Shown here: in pieces, positions 42,501-59,322 of the stretch
Layout: each line of letters starts with the position of its first letter
Position numbering within the stretch: position 1 is the first letter of the stretch
DNA from: Eledone cirrhosa
Lineage: Eukaryota
Direction: 5' to 3'
NCBI GenBank assembly: GCA_964016885.1
Contig: CAXHJY010001069.1
Span: 1 to 64,000, forward strand
Length of the DNA: 64,000 nt
Made by a program: the position numbers and the translations under genes
Notes under the pieces: generated by a model
What the model was told of the DNA's origin: nothing
Seen by the model: only the letters and a program-made list of their open reading frames with translations
Databases searched by the model: none

Positions 42501-45277
42501 GTCTTATTACCAAATATCTTGTTGTCATATATCTCACACCTATCCTGGTCTTATTACCAACTATCTTGTCATATATCTCACACCTCTCTTGGTCTTATTA
42601 CCAACTATCTTGTCATATATCTCACACCTCTCTTGGTCTTATTACCAACTATCTTGCTGTCATATATCTCACACCTCTCTTGGTCTTATTACCAACTATC
42701 TTGCTGTCATATATCTCACACCTCTCTTGGTCTTATTACCAACTATCTTGCTGTCATATATCTCACACCTATCTTGATCTTATTACCAACTATCTTGCTG
42801 TCATATATCTCACACCTCTCTTGGTCTTATTACCAACTATCTTGCTGTCATATATCTCACACCTCTCTTGGTCTTATTACCAACTATCTTGCTGTCATAT
42901 ATCTCACACCTCTCTTGGTCTTATTACCAACTATCTTGCTGTCATATATCTCACACCTATCTTGGTCTTATTACCAACTATCTTGCTGTCATATATCTCA
43001 CACCTATCTTGGTCTCATTACCAACTATCTTGCTGTCATATATCTCACACCTATCTTGGTCTTATTACCAACTATCTTGCTGTCATATATCTCACAGCTA
43101 TCTTGGTCTTATTACCAACTATCTTGCTGTCATATATCTCACACCTATCTTGGTCTCATTACCAACTATCTTGCTGTCATATATCTCACACCTATCTTGG
43201 TCTTATTACCAACTATCTTGCTGTCATATATCTCACACCTATCTTGGTCTTATTACCAACTATCTTGCTGTCATATATCTCACACCTCTCTTGGTCTTAT
43301 TACCAACTATCTTGCTGTCATATATCTCACAGCTATCTTGGTCTTATTACCAACTATCTTGCTGTCATATATCTCACACCTCTCTTGGTCTTATTACCAA
43401 CTATCTTGTTGTCATATGTCTCACACCTATCTTGGTCTTATTACCAACTATCTTGTCATATATCTCACACCTATCTTGGTCTTATTACCAACTATCTTGC
43501 TATCATATATCTCACACCTATCTTGGTCTTATTACCAACTATCTTGCTGTCATATATCTCACACCTCTCTTGGTCTTATTACCAACTATCTTGTTGTCAT
43601 ATATCTCACACCTATCTTGGTCTTAATACCAACAATCTTGCTGTCATATATCTCACACCTCTCTTGGTCTTTTTACCAACTATCTTGTTGTCATATATCT
43701 CACACCTATCTTGGTCTTATTACCAACTATCTTGTTGTCATATATCTCACACCTATCTTGGTCTTATTACCAACTATCTTGTTGTCATATATCTCACACC
43801 TATCTTGGTCTTATTACCAACAATCTTGCTGTCATATATCTCACACCTCTCTTGGTCTTTTTACCAACTATCTTGTTGTCATATATCTCACACCTATCTT
43901 GGTCTTATTACCAACTATCTTGTTGTCATATATCTCACACCTATCTTGGTCTTATTACCAACTATCTTGTTGTCATATATCTCACACCTATCTTGGTCTT
44001 ATTACCAACTACCTTGCTGTCATATATCTCACACCTATCTTGGTCTTATTACCAACTATCTTGTCATATATCTCACACCTATCTTGGTCTTATTACCAAC
44101 TATCTTGTTGTCATATATCTCACACCTATCTTGGTCTTATTACCAACTATCTTGTTGTCATATATCTCACACCTATCTTGGTCTTATTACCAACTACCTT
44201 GCTGTCATATATCTCACACCTATCTTGGTCTTATTACCAACTATCTTGTTGTCATATATCTCACACCTATCTTGGTCTTATTACCAACTATCTTGTTGTC
44301 ATATATCTCACACCTATCTTGGTCTTATTACCAACTATCTTGTTGTCATATATCTCACACCTCTCTTGGTCTTATTACCAACTATCTTGTTGTCATATAT
44401 CTCACACCTATCTTGGTCTTATTACCAACTATCTTGTTGTCATATATCTCACACCTATCTTGGTCTTATTACCAACTATCTTGTTGTCATATATCTCACA
44501 CCTATCTTGGTCTTATTACCAACTATCTTGTTGTCATATATCTCACACCTCTCTTGGTCTTATTACCAACTATCTTGTCATATGTCTCACACCTCCCTTG
44601 GTCTTATTACCAACTATCTTGTTGTCATATATCTCACACCTATCTTGGTCTTATTACCAACTATCTTGTCATATATCTCACACCTATCTTGGTCTTATTA
44701 CCAACTACCTTGCTGTCATATATCTCACACCTCTCTTGGTCTTATTACCAACTATCTTGTCATATATCTCACACCTCCCTTGGTCTTATTACCAACTATC
44801 TTGTTGTCATATATCTCACACCTCTCTTGGTCTTATTACCAACTATCTTGTCATATATCTCACACCTATCTTGGTCTTATTACCAACTATCTTGTTGTCA
44901 TATATCTCACACCTATCTTGGTCTTATTACCAACTATCTTGCTGTCATATATCTCACACCTCTCTCGGTCTTATTACCAATTATCTTGTCATATATCTCA
45001 CACCTCCCTTGGTCTTATTACCAACTATCTTGTTGTCATATATCTCACACCTCTCTTGGTCTTATTACCAACTATCTTGTCATATATCTCACACCTCCCT
45101 TGGTCTTATTACCAACTATCTTGTTGTCATATATCTCACACCTCTCTTGGTCTTATTACCAACTATCTTGTCATATATCTCACACCTCTCTTGGTCTTAT
45201 TACCAACTATCTTGTCATATATCTCACACCTATCTTGGTCTTATTACCAACTATCTTGTCATATATCTCACACCTCT
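24553..45277. repeat. 47/44-bp satellite array, ~20.7 kb, roughly 450 units
   Basis: Unit ATCTTG(YTG)TCATATATCTCACACCTMTCTTGGTCTTATTACCAACT, single orientation, uninterrupted. Confidence 0.99.
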
Positions 45278-45416
45278 TTAGGGGAAAAAGGGGTGGGGTG
45301 TGGCTATATTCCACATTTGAATGGGACTTGTTACCAGATTTGTGGCAGGTGCCCTAAATTCAACCTCAAGCTTATTGAAAGGGATGATTCGAAATCAAAC
45401 ATCACAGACTGAAAAT

Positions 45417-45493
45417 TATACTATCCTATACTGTACTATACTATACTATACTACACTATACTACACTGTACTATACTACACTATACTATACTA
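45417..45493. repeat. (CTATA)n pentanucleotide
   Basis: Direct reading. Confidence 0.9.
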
Positions 45494-45774
45494 ATCTGTT
45501 TCCTTCATTTCTCAAAGATATATCACTAAGCCACTTAACACATTGAAAAAAAAGCAAACAAACAAACAGATAAACAAATAAAGAAAGCCCCCTACCTCCA
45601 CTAAAAGTCGGAAGATGGAGGTATAGGTTTTCATGTAAGATATGACTGCTTCTAATAAATAGTAATGGACAAAACAGAGTAAAGAGGAAAGTTTTGGTTT
45701 ATAGTTTTGTAAGCAGAAGATTACATGATCTTTTGACATGTGTACATATGTATGTGATGTATGAATGTCTGTGG

Positions 45775-45838
45775 TATATATATATATATATATATATCTA
45801 TATATATATACACTCATATATATATTAATTCATATTTG

Positions 45839-45874
<36 letters not shown>

Positions 45875-45984
45875 AATATATATTAATACAAATATGTGAT
45901 ATACACATATATACATATATATATATAGATATATAAATATGTGTTTATATATATATGTATATATACATATATAAATACAAATGT

Positions 45985-46024
<40 letters not shown>

Positions 46025-46072
46025 GTATATATATATGTATTTGTATGTGTATATATATGTACACACATATAT

Positions 46073-46103
<31 letters not shown>

Positions 46104-46140
46104 AATATTTATACATATTTTTACATATTTGTATATATAC

Positions 46141-46190
<50 letters not shown>
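45775..46190. repeat. (TA)n compound microsatellite
   Basis: Direct reading. Confidence 0.9.
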
Positions 46191-46195
<5 letters not shown>

Positions 46196-46444
46196 GCTGT
46201 TTGCCTCTTATCTTGGTAATCTATCAACTGAAACCATTTTCATAAGAGAAAGCTGTAAAAATCTGCTATATTATAACATTACACCATTGCTTTAAACATA
46301 CCACACACATATACATGCACTCACTCTCTCTCTCTCACATACACACACCTACTAGCTGTCTTTAACACACACACATATATATATACGCACACACATATAC
46401 TACCTCTCTAACACGCACAGACACACACACACACACTACCTCTC

Positions 46445-46478
<34 letters not shown>

Positions 46479-46887
46479 CGTCTGTAACACACACACACAC
46501 TACTTCTCTAACACACACACACACATATTACCTCCCTAACACACACACATACACTCATAGACAGACACACACACATATACTACCTCTCTAATACACACAC
46601 ATACATACACTCTCGCACACACCCCTCTCTCTTACACACACATACATACTACATCTCTAACACACACACAGGTCCACACACACACACTCTCTCTACTCTA
46701 CTCTCTCTCTAACATACACACATATACACATACATTCACAGACACATCTCTCTCTAACACACACACACATGCACACATACACTACATATGTCTCTAACAC
46801 ACACACACACACACAGACACACACTCTCTCTCTGCTGTCCTCTCGCTAAAACACACGCACAAACACACACAATCCCCCTCTCTCTAT

Positions 46888-47330
46888 AAAATAAAGTACC
46901 AGTAATGCACTGGGGTTGATTTAATCGACTTTCCCCTCCCCCAAATTGCTGCCCTTGTGCCTAAAGTAGAAATCATTATTATTATCAAAGGTAAAGTTAT
47001 CCTCGGCAGGATCTGAACTGTAGGTTCTGAGTTCAAATCCCGCCGAGGTTAACTTTGCCTTTCATCCTTACGGGGTCGTAAAATAAAGTACCAGTAATGT
47101 ACTTGGGTCGAATATCAGAAACCATTATCATTATTAGGGCGGTGAATTGGCAGTATCGGTAAAGGGTTGGACGCCATGCTTTCTAGCATAGTTACGTCCC
47201 TTTACGGTCTGAGTTCAAATCCCGTCGAGGTTAACTTTGCCTTTCATCCTTACGGGGTCGATAAAATAAAGTACCAGTAATACACTGAGATAATTGCTGG
47301 CCTTGTGCCAAAAGTAGAAACAATTATTAT
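46888..47330 (+). mobile_element. SINE family-1 cluster; near full-length copy at 47137-47330
   Basis: Head ggcggtgaatTGGCAGTATCGG...GAGTTCAAATCC, body, (ATT)n tail; two partial copies upstream. Confidence 0.9.
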
Positions 47331-47371
47331 TGGTTTTAGTCTGTAACAATTAGTAATTTCTTATATATGTA

Positions 47372-47429
<58 letters not shown>

Positions 47430-48280
47430 CATATATACATAATTATACATGTATACATAATTATACATGTATACATAATTATACATATATACATGATTAT
47501 ATATGTATATATATATATATATATATATTCCAATGTCTATTTTTGAGTCTTTCTTTCTGTCGTCTGAACTAATTTTAAAATAAATTAAATTTAAAATCGG
47601 TTTAAATACAAAATAGATTAAAAACATATAAAAATGTTTAAAAAAATTAAAAAACAAACAAGAAAAACAAAAAAATTAACAAATTGAACTTTTTTAGTCG
47701 AAAATAAAAAATAAAACAATTGAATTCTTAGAATAAATAATTACATATTTTTATCATTCCTTCTGTGTGTGTGTGTGGGGGGGGGTTCGTTGTGTGTGTG
47801 TGTGTGGGGTGGGTGTGTGTGTGTTCGTTATGTGTGTGTGGGGTGGGCGTGTTCGTTGTGTGGGTGTGGGTGTGTGTGGGGTGCGTGTGTGTGTGTATAT
47901 ATGTGTGTGTATATATGTGCTTGCGTATGTGTGTGTGTTTATGTATGTGTGTGTGTATATATGTATGTGTGTATATGCATGTTTGTGTGTGTTTGTATAA
48001 GTGTGTGTGTGTGTGTGTATATGCATGTACGTGTGTGTGTATAAGTGTGTGCGTGAGTATGTGTGATATTGTAAAATCACCCAGTGTCGTCATATGCAGC
48101 CCCTCCCTTCCACCACAGTGCTTCTCCCACCGTCCCTCTTTCTCTCTCTCTTTCTCTCTCTCTTTCTTTCTCTCTCACTCTCCCTCTCTCTCTTACACAC
48201 AGACACACACTCTCTGTCTCTTTCTAGTTAGTTACTAAGACAACACGATGTTTATTGGTTTCAAACAGCACCATCCATCC

Positions 48281-48500
<220 letters not shown>

Positions 48501-48738
48501 TTGTTTTACTTCCAAGGTAAAACCAAATCTGTCTCCTCCTCCCCTCCCATCCATCTACCACCTCCTCCTCCCCCTAGCCCCCCCCCCACTCCCCCCACAC
48601 CAGCTCCTCCCCACCCACACTAAAAACATAAATAACTTCGTTGTCATGACTACCACAGCAGAGTCACCTTTTCAAGACAGTGTAAATTCCCTGATATGTT
48701 GGCGGCGGCGGTGGCGGGGAGAACCGAAGGGATAATCC

Positions 48739-49013
48739 AGTGGTGGTGGTGATGATGGCGGCGGTAGTGGTGGTGGTGGAGGCTGTGGTGCCGGTGGTGT
48801 AGGTGGTGGTGGCGTTGTTAGTGGTGGTGCTGGTGGTGGTGTTGGTTGTGATGATGATGGTGGTGACGGTTGTGGTGTCAGTGGCGGTGGTGTAGGTGGT
48901 GGTGGCGTTGTTAGTGTTGGTGGTGTAGGTGTTGGTGGTGTAGGTGGTGGTGGCGTTGTTAGTGTTGGTGGTGTAGGTGTTGGTGCTGGTGGTGTAGGTG
49001 GCGGTGGCGGTGG
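48739..49013. repeat. (GGT)n low complexity
   Basis: Direct reading. Confidence 0.85.
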
Positions 49014-49626
49014 TCTCAGTTAAAGCGCTTTAAAATATGCCCAACAGTAATAATCCTCTTTTACACCGAATCAATTTGATAGTTGATAACCGAGACACCA
49101 TTTTGAAAGATGACGACAACAACAACAAATGCAACAGCAGCAGTAGTGCAGTAGTAGTAGTAGCAGTAGTAGTAGTAGTAGTAGTAGCAGCAGTAGTAGT
49201 ACTACTAGTAGTAATAGTAGTAGTAGTAGTAGTGGGAACTCTGCTTACTGGATGTGACATCCACAGATTTATGCCATCGTCCTGTCCCTTAACCCCTTTT
49301 CATAGCAAACCCAGTTAAAACAGGCTCTGGTTATATGAAAAAGTAAAAAGAAAAATGTCAAAGGTTTCTATTTAAATTAAATGGTGTTAACCCCTTTTAA
49401 TACCAAACCCAGTTAAAACCGGCTCTATGAAAGACAAAAAAGGTTCCTATTTAAATCTAACCGTATTAACACCTTTGATATCAAACAAAAGAAACAAAAA
49501 ATCAAAAGGTTCCCATTTAAATCAAATATTTCCGACACAAATATATATAAGAATCTTATGTTAAGTTATTATTTCAGTAATGAAATAATTTATAATTTTA
49601 GCAAATCCTTCAAAATTCTTCATTAA

Positions 49627-49852
49627 CCCTTTCGATATTAATCCAGCTGAAACAAACTCCAGTTCCATGAAATAAAATCCATTTTAAAAGGTGACAATTT
49701 AGATTAAATTCTTACAACATAATTTTATGTGAAAACCACTTAAGTTACTATCTTAGCAATGAAATAATGAATAATTTTAGTAAATCCCTCAAAATTCTTC
49801 AGTAATTAATTGAAATAAAGTATATTTCAAGAAAAATACAGTTACGAAAGGG
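49627..49852. mobile_element. piggyBac-like MITE
   Basis: TTAA|CCCTTTCG ... CGAAAGGG|TTAA (short spacer-free TIR, TTAA TSD); degenerate left-end copies at 49289, 49387, 49466. Confidence 0.75.
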
Positions 49853-50220
49853 TTAAAGTCTGTTAATATGTTTGGAGCCGCTGTCGTTGTAGGGTTAATT
49901 AAACGGGTAAAATCGTTAGATTTCAATTATGCGCCATTTTCATTTTAATAACTACGATCTTTCAACGGAAAACTGGAAAGTTCCATGTCCTCAGCCAACC
50001 TCACTTCGGTTTCGGTATTTTAAGGTGGATACCTTTCATCACAGTGCACATTGGGACGAAATAAACAGCTAGAGACAATATATATATTTAAGTCTTCACA
50101 TTTATTATTGTTACTATATATATATAAAGAATGATTTTCCAAATTGGAACAGAAGGGAAGAAGGGACGCACAGTTAAGGTAATAAGGTATTCAATATATT
50201 TGCAGAGAAGGTACAGATTA

Positions 50221-50296
50221 ATTTCATATAGAAATGACTTGTACAGGACTAGAACTGTAGGACTGCTTCGTTCATTTAAAATCTTCAGGAATGTCA
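50221..50296 (-). mobile_element. Diverged family-A hammerhead repeat
   Basis: atatagaaatgacttgtacaggactagaactg...tcttcaggaa; core CUGAAGA, internal duplication. Confidence 0.6.
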
Positions 50297-50874
50297 AGTA
50301 ATTTGGTCAAGATTGCTAGAGTCATGGAGTCTCGTTCGAATAGAAAGCTAAGATTTCTTGTTTCATTTTAACATTTGCAAGAGAGGAAATGACGACATTT
50401 TGTTATTAATATACATTAAGGACAATGTGAGCCTGATTACCATTCTATGTATAATAATTATTGCTATTTCGAGGTCACTCTAAGGGTTTTTTCTTTGATT
50501 CCAAAGCATATGGGAAATGGCGTCAGAAAAACACGTAGCGTTTTTTAATGGTAACAGGATATGACGTCAATATTTTTGGATATCGAAAATGAAAGTTTGT
50601 CCGTCTGTGTGTATGTGTGTTTGTGTGTGTGTTTGTGGTTGTTTGTGTTTGTTTGTTTCTGTGTGTATTTCTCTCTCTCCGTGTTTGTGTGCGTCTGTCT
50701 ATCTGTATGTGTGTGTTTGTCTCTCTCTCTCTCTCTCTCTCTCCCTCTCTCTGTGCCTGTCTGTCTGTCTGTCTCTCCCTCTCTCTTTCTATATATCTCT
50801 ATCTCTCTGTGTTTGTGTCTGTCTGTCTGTCTCTCACTCACCCCCTCTCTCTCTATATATGTGTGTGTGTATCT

Positions 50875-50914
<40 letters not shown>

Positions 50915-51470
50915 AACTAAGATGACCGGAGGTGTAGGAGTAGCTACACTCAGCCCTGGTCATCTGATGTGTCACATGGCAATGACGCCGTATTTAAGTG
51001 TAATTAATTAATGATAAAGCTGTTGATGGTGTAGGCGGAGGACGGAGGATAGATCGGTGAGAACATTTAGTGGTGTGTAGCTGGAGGGTGTAGTGACCAC
51101 TGTCAGGAGGCAGGGGTAGAAAGGGATTGTGTATATATAATAGCAAATATCTTACTAACTAGAGACGGAGGAGTGATGCTTTCTGAGATAATTTGGCAGA
51201 ATTTCTACTGAGTGGTTGAATAACCTAGATAAATGTGACGTCGTGTCTCGTGGACTAGGGTTTGACAATGTAAAACATACTGTCATATCAACCCATGGCC
51301 TGACCCTTAGGGTTTCAGGCATTTAGGACCCATAATCAACAACTATAGGGTAGCATTTGAACTTAGCAGGATTTGTTCTAGATTTTTTTACGTTCTAAGT
51401 ATTTTGCCTTTCTTGTAACGATTCTGGCAACCAACCGCCTGAAATATATTGAAACTAATATATTTTTTAT

Positions 51471-51943
51471 TTAGGCAAAAGGCCAATAATTCTGGGGTGA
51501 GGGAAAAGTCGATTAAATCGACCCCAGTACATTACTGTGAAGGTGCATGGCTTAGTGGTTAGAGCATTGGGCTTGCAATCAAAAGGTTGTGAGTTCAATT
51601 CTCGGACCGGGTGATTTGTTGTTTCCTTGAGCAAGACACTTTATTTCACGTTGCTCCAGTTTACTCAGCTGTAGAAATGAGATGATAGGGACTGGGGTCC
51701 CTATCATTAAATCACCCAAGACACCTCCAACGAGATATACCTCGGAGGAGGCCAGCTAAACCTGCATAGGTGTGAGCTGTCACACACACACAGTACATTA
51801 CTGGTACTTTATTTTAGCGACCCCTTAAGGATGAAAGGCAAAGCTAACTTCGGCGAAATTTGAACTCAGAGTGTAAAATGCCGTAACTCTATGCTGCAAA
51901 GCATGGCGTCCGACTCTCTACCGATACTGCCAATCCACCGCCT
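51471..51943 (-). mobile_element. SINE family-1 copy interrupted by a second SINE
   Basis: The halves rejoin across the duplicated CAGTACATTACTG. Confidence 0.85.
51538..51790 (+). mobile_element. tRNA-derived CORE-like SINE with (CA)n tail and 13-bp TSD
   Basis: A box TGGCTTAGTGG, B box GAGTTCAATTC; TSD 51525-51537 / 51791-51803. Confidence 0.92.
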
Positions 51944-53240
51944 TAATTACATTGAAACAAACAATAATAATAATAGTAGTAATAATAATAATAATATACA
52001 TCGCTTTAAAAATTTGCCAAGTTGAAAGGGTTCTTATGCACGAGAGATGAAAGAAGTTTAAGGAGGTGAAATATTCATAACTCCGAAAATGGAATATTTA
52101 GGAGATCAAAACTATGAGAAATTGAGAAATTATGTAAATTCTAGACTAAATCCGAAAACTATTATCCCTCTATTAGTTGGTTTTGTTGATCTTGTTGTTG
52201 TGGTTGTTGTTGTCGTTGTTGTTGTTGCTGGTTTTATAAATGTCAAATATATACATTCGAAGAACGACTGATATTTGGGGAGTTTGTCCTCCTCGGCCCG
52301 AAGTGCAGCAGAGCCTGGGTTAGTCGTAGACTGCACCAGGTTGCTGCTGGAGAAAGTGTCATAGTTGGGGATTATAAACCTTTGTTGTTTTATCCTACTA
52401 GTGGTTTCAGTAAATGGGATACGGCCATGTTGGGGCATTGCCCTAAAAAAATGTTTATCGATTATGTCGATACCCAGTGTTTAAATATAAATAAATGATA
52501 CAGAAACTATTTTTATTAGTCGGCCCCTTTTTTCCCCCCATTAAATCCAGCCTTGCCTTCACTTATACCTTAGTAAAAATAGATTGAAGGGGTGGATGTT
52601 ATGTTACTTTATCAAAGACGAGGGCAGTGTGGGGAATGTTAGGTTCTGTGATTACTTTGCAACCATGTGGTTCTGGGTTCAGTGACAGTTTACGTAGTAA
52701 ATCTTAAGTTTTCTGCGTCTTCTACAATGCTTCCTTTGTGCCCCCCCCCCCCCCTCCCCCATTAAATCGGACCCTGAACCACCGCCATTTTATCGTCACA
52801 TTTAAAGCAGACGACACTCTACATTTCACTGCATGATTTACCTTAGAATTACACGAAACAAACCTTTCATTAACTCTTTTCTCTTCTATCTTTCGCTGTT
52901 CACACTTTCCCTTCTATTTGAATCATCGCCAAAAAATACAACCAATACGCTTAACTAATTTAGCTTCTGATATAAATAACAAAATACAAAACAATACAAA
53001 ACCAAACGAAACGAAAACTATACATAAATTTGTTCATTAAATAGATGTAGTAAATTCCTAGCTATTAATAATCTATTATTAGAGAAAACATTTCAAATCG
53101 TTTAACACAAAACAAACATTTATCAATTAATAAACATGGCTGCCAACCAAATAATACAACAATACTCACACTTTAATATTTAGACAAAAGAGATTGAAAA
53201 TACTACTACTACTAATAATAAATTATATAGGCATCTTTAG

Positions 53241-55499
<2,259 letters not shown>

Positions 55500-55804
55500 A
55501 ATTTATAAACAACAACCAAAGAGTGTTTAGAACATTTAATCACGAATCAAGCAGAGTCCCGTTGTTTCAAACAACTGAAACCCTCATCGTCGAAACCGAC
55601 GGAGGTCCCACTAATATATAACAGGGACTACCAACACCTTATTTTAGTTTTTCAATTAAATATATTCACATCTGGAAGATACGTCCATATTTCTATTTGA
55701 TTCTCTTTCTCAAAAGATTATTTTTAGATTTAAACAAGAATGGATTCTTCTTCAGATCTCAAGACTCATTTTTTTAACATCTGTCCAGGCAGGTTTAAAA
55801 AAAA

Positions 55805-56218
55805 ATTTTCTTACTTTTATTCGTTTTTATTTTTTTATCTTTTTTTTATTATTTTTTTTATTTTTATTTCTATTTTTTTCTTATTTTCTTTATTTTATTT
55901 CAAGTTTTTATATTTAATTTTTTAAATTTTAATTTTTTTATTTAATTTTTTTTATTTAAATTTTTTTATTTTTATTTTTTTATTTATTTTTTATTTTTAT
56001 TTCATTTTATTTTATTTTTGTTTTTATTGTTATTTTATTTTTAGTTTTAGTTTTAGTTTTTATTTTAATTTTCATTATTTAAATTTTATTCTATTTTATT
56101 TTTATTTTTATTTTTAGTTTTAGTTTTTATATTTATTTTATTTTTTATTTTAATTTTTATTATTCTTATTTTATTTTATTTTATTTTATTTTATTATTTA
56201 TATATCTTTATTTTATTT
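55805..56218. repeat. T-rich (TTTTA)n low complexity
   Basis: Direct reading. Confidence 0.85.
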
Positions 56219-56344
56219 CAAAGAAGTCACAGCCCTAGTCAGTCTTTCAACCCTATAATTCCATATATCGCCATTTAAATACAAAAATTGGGCCATTTTA
56301 TTTTGAAAAAAAAAAAAGTCATATTTTAGTTTTTCATCTTGGAA

Positions 56345-57570
56345 AACTTGGCAGAGTCGGTAAAGCATCGGACAAATGCTCAACAGTGTTTGTTTAGGAT
56401 CTTTACTTTACATTCTGATTTCAATTCCTACCATGATCTACTTTTACCTTTTCATTCTTCCAGTCTTGATAATATATAGTTATATAGTACCAGTCATGTT
56501 TTGGGGGTAGTTAGAATCGAAAAATTACAACAACAATAAACATTCCACAATAAGGTGGGGGAGGGAGGGCGGAGAACAACCCAAGGGCGACACAGGTACC
56601 CAACCATTCCTGAACCACCCGACACCTCTCTCTTCCTCCTCAACTCAAATCAACTAGTCTACAGGCGCATGCTCAGAGTAGGCCCATTCACACGAGCCAC
56701 TCTCGCTACATTCACCCACCTTTTAGCAAATGTACTGAGGAGAGAGAGCACTTCTCTCTCCTCCACCCTCACCTTTTCTACTTTAGGCACAAGGCCAGTA
56801 ATTTAAAGGGGAAGAGAGTAAGTCGATTAAATCGACGCCAGTACGTTACTGGTACTTTATTTTATCGACCCAATTATTATTCAATTGGTTTTGTTATTGT
56901 GCATTTTTACTCAGCCCTACATATCGGCCCTTGTGGCCAATAAATGAAATCATTTCGATTGGCAGTATCGGTATAAGGTCGGACGCCATGCTTTGTAGCA
57001 TGGAGTTACGGCTTTTATGATCTGAGTTCAAGTTCCGCCGAGGTTAACTTTGCCTTTCATCCTTACGGGGTCGATAAAATAAGGTTCCAGTTATGTACTG
57101 GGGTAATTGCTGGCCTTGTGCCTAAAGTAGAAACAATTATTATTGTGAACATACAAATATATACAGCATATAGAAAATAGGATTGTATACTGCACGTATC
57201 CCAGGCACATATAGCTGTGCTCAGTAATGCAGTAACGGCATATGAGACAACAATAATAACAACAACAATAATAATTGTTTCCAATTTTCGCACAAGGCCA
57301 TCAATTACCCAGTGTATTACTGGTACTTTATTTTATCGACCCCGTAAGGATGAAAGGCAAAGTTTACCCCGGCGGAATTTGAACTCAGACCGTAAAGGGA
57401 CGCAACTGTGCTGGAAAGCATGGCGTCCGACCCTCTACCGATACTGCCAATGTTCAAATTCCGCCGAGTTAACTTTGCCTTTCATTCTTACGGGGTCGAT
57501 AACATAAAGTACCAGTAATACACTGGGGTAATTGCTGGCCTTGTGCCTAAAGTAGAAACAATTATTAATA
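56345..57570. mobile_element. SINE family-1 cluster in alternating orientations
   Basis: Old + copy ~56348-56500; - fragment 56775-56871; + 56959-57144; - 57270-57450; + partial 57452-57570. Confidence 0.85.
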
Positions 57571-57635
57571 ATGTCAGCTTCTCTGTAGAATATCTTTAGT
57601 TTGTCATTAGAGACTAATGAGAAAGTATTGATATT

Positions 57636-57790
57636 CTACACATACAGACACACATTCATACATACATACACATACACACACATTCGTACATACATACAGA
57701 CACACATTCATACATACATACAGACACACACATTCGTACATACATACAGACACACACATTCATACATACATACACATACACACACACATT

Positions 57791-57822
<32 letters not shown>

Positions 57823-58500
57823 CATACATGCATACAGACACACATTCATACATACATACACATACAGACACATTCATACATACAGACACATACAGACACA
57901 CATTCATACATACATACACATACAGACACATTCGTACATACATACACACACATTCGTACATACATACAGACACACACATTCATACATACATACAGACACA
58001 CACATTCATTCATACATACATACACATACAGACACACATTCATACATGCATACACATACAGACACATTCGTACATACATACACACACATTCGTACATACA
58101 TACAGACACACACATTCATACATGCATACACATACACACACATTCATACATACATACAGACACACACATTCATTCATACATACATACACATACATACACA
58201 TACAGACACACAGATTCATACATGCATACACATACACACACATTCATACATGCATACACATACACACACATTCATACATACACATACACACACATTCATA
58301 CATACATACACATAGACACATTCATACAGACACACATTCATACATACATACACATACACACACATTCATACATGCATACACATACACACACATTCATACA
58401 TGCATACACATACACACACATTCATACATGCATACACATACACACACATTCATACATGCATGCCTACTCAATCACACACACACACACACATACACACATA
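57636..58500. repeat. Complex (CA/TACA/TTCA) microsatellite
   Basis: Direct reading. Confidence 0.9.
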
Positions 58501-58879
58501 CTACCCATGCACATTTCCTCCCCCTCCCTTCCCCTTTATGCACCTCCCTTCTCCCCTTCCCTTCTCCTTCCCCATATCCCCCCCTCAGTTCCCTCTTCCC
58601 CACCCCCCTCTCCCTCCCTCCCACGTCTTTATTTACAGTTACACAAACCCTGCATCAGTGCACAGCAAAGTGTTAGAAGCTGATTAATCATGCTTCACAG
58701 ACCTGGACACAGTTTATCATATAATGCACATGTGCAGTTGAATACCGACCTGGGCTTGCATACTGTATCATATGTACATGTAGAAATATGTCAGTGTGTG
58801 TGTATATATATATATATAAGTGCATGTATATGTATAGGTGCATGGATATATGTATGTATTTATATATATACATATATAA

Positions 58880-58919
<40 letters not shown>

Positions 58920-58950
58920 GCACATATACACACACACACATATATATATG

Positions 58951-58999
<49 letters not shown>

Positions 59000-59224
59000 G
59001 ATGACACACTAATTTATGAAGCGTCCCTTATTTCTACTAGATCTACCAAATCATAATATTAGTATATATAAAGTATATTATAAAATTAAATCAAATTGTT
59101 TAGGAACATTCTTTTCCTTTTTTTTTTAAATATACCCAACTGTACCAAGGATCTCACACATTTTCCAATATATATATCCCTTCCATATACTGCACCGATT
59201 GTGTTGTTATTTCTGTTTACCTTT

Positions 59225-59283
<59 letters not shown>

Positions 59284-59291
59284 GCACACGC

Positions 59292-59322
<31 letters not shown>

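Noticed and set aside
24510-45412. Very long + strand ORFs (up to 1277 aa) in all three frames
   Set aside because: By-product of a stop-free 47/44-bp unit that cycles through frames; no frame preference, scattered stops and no domain
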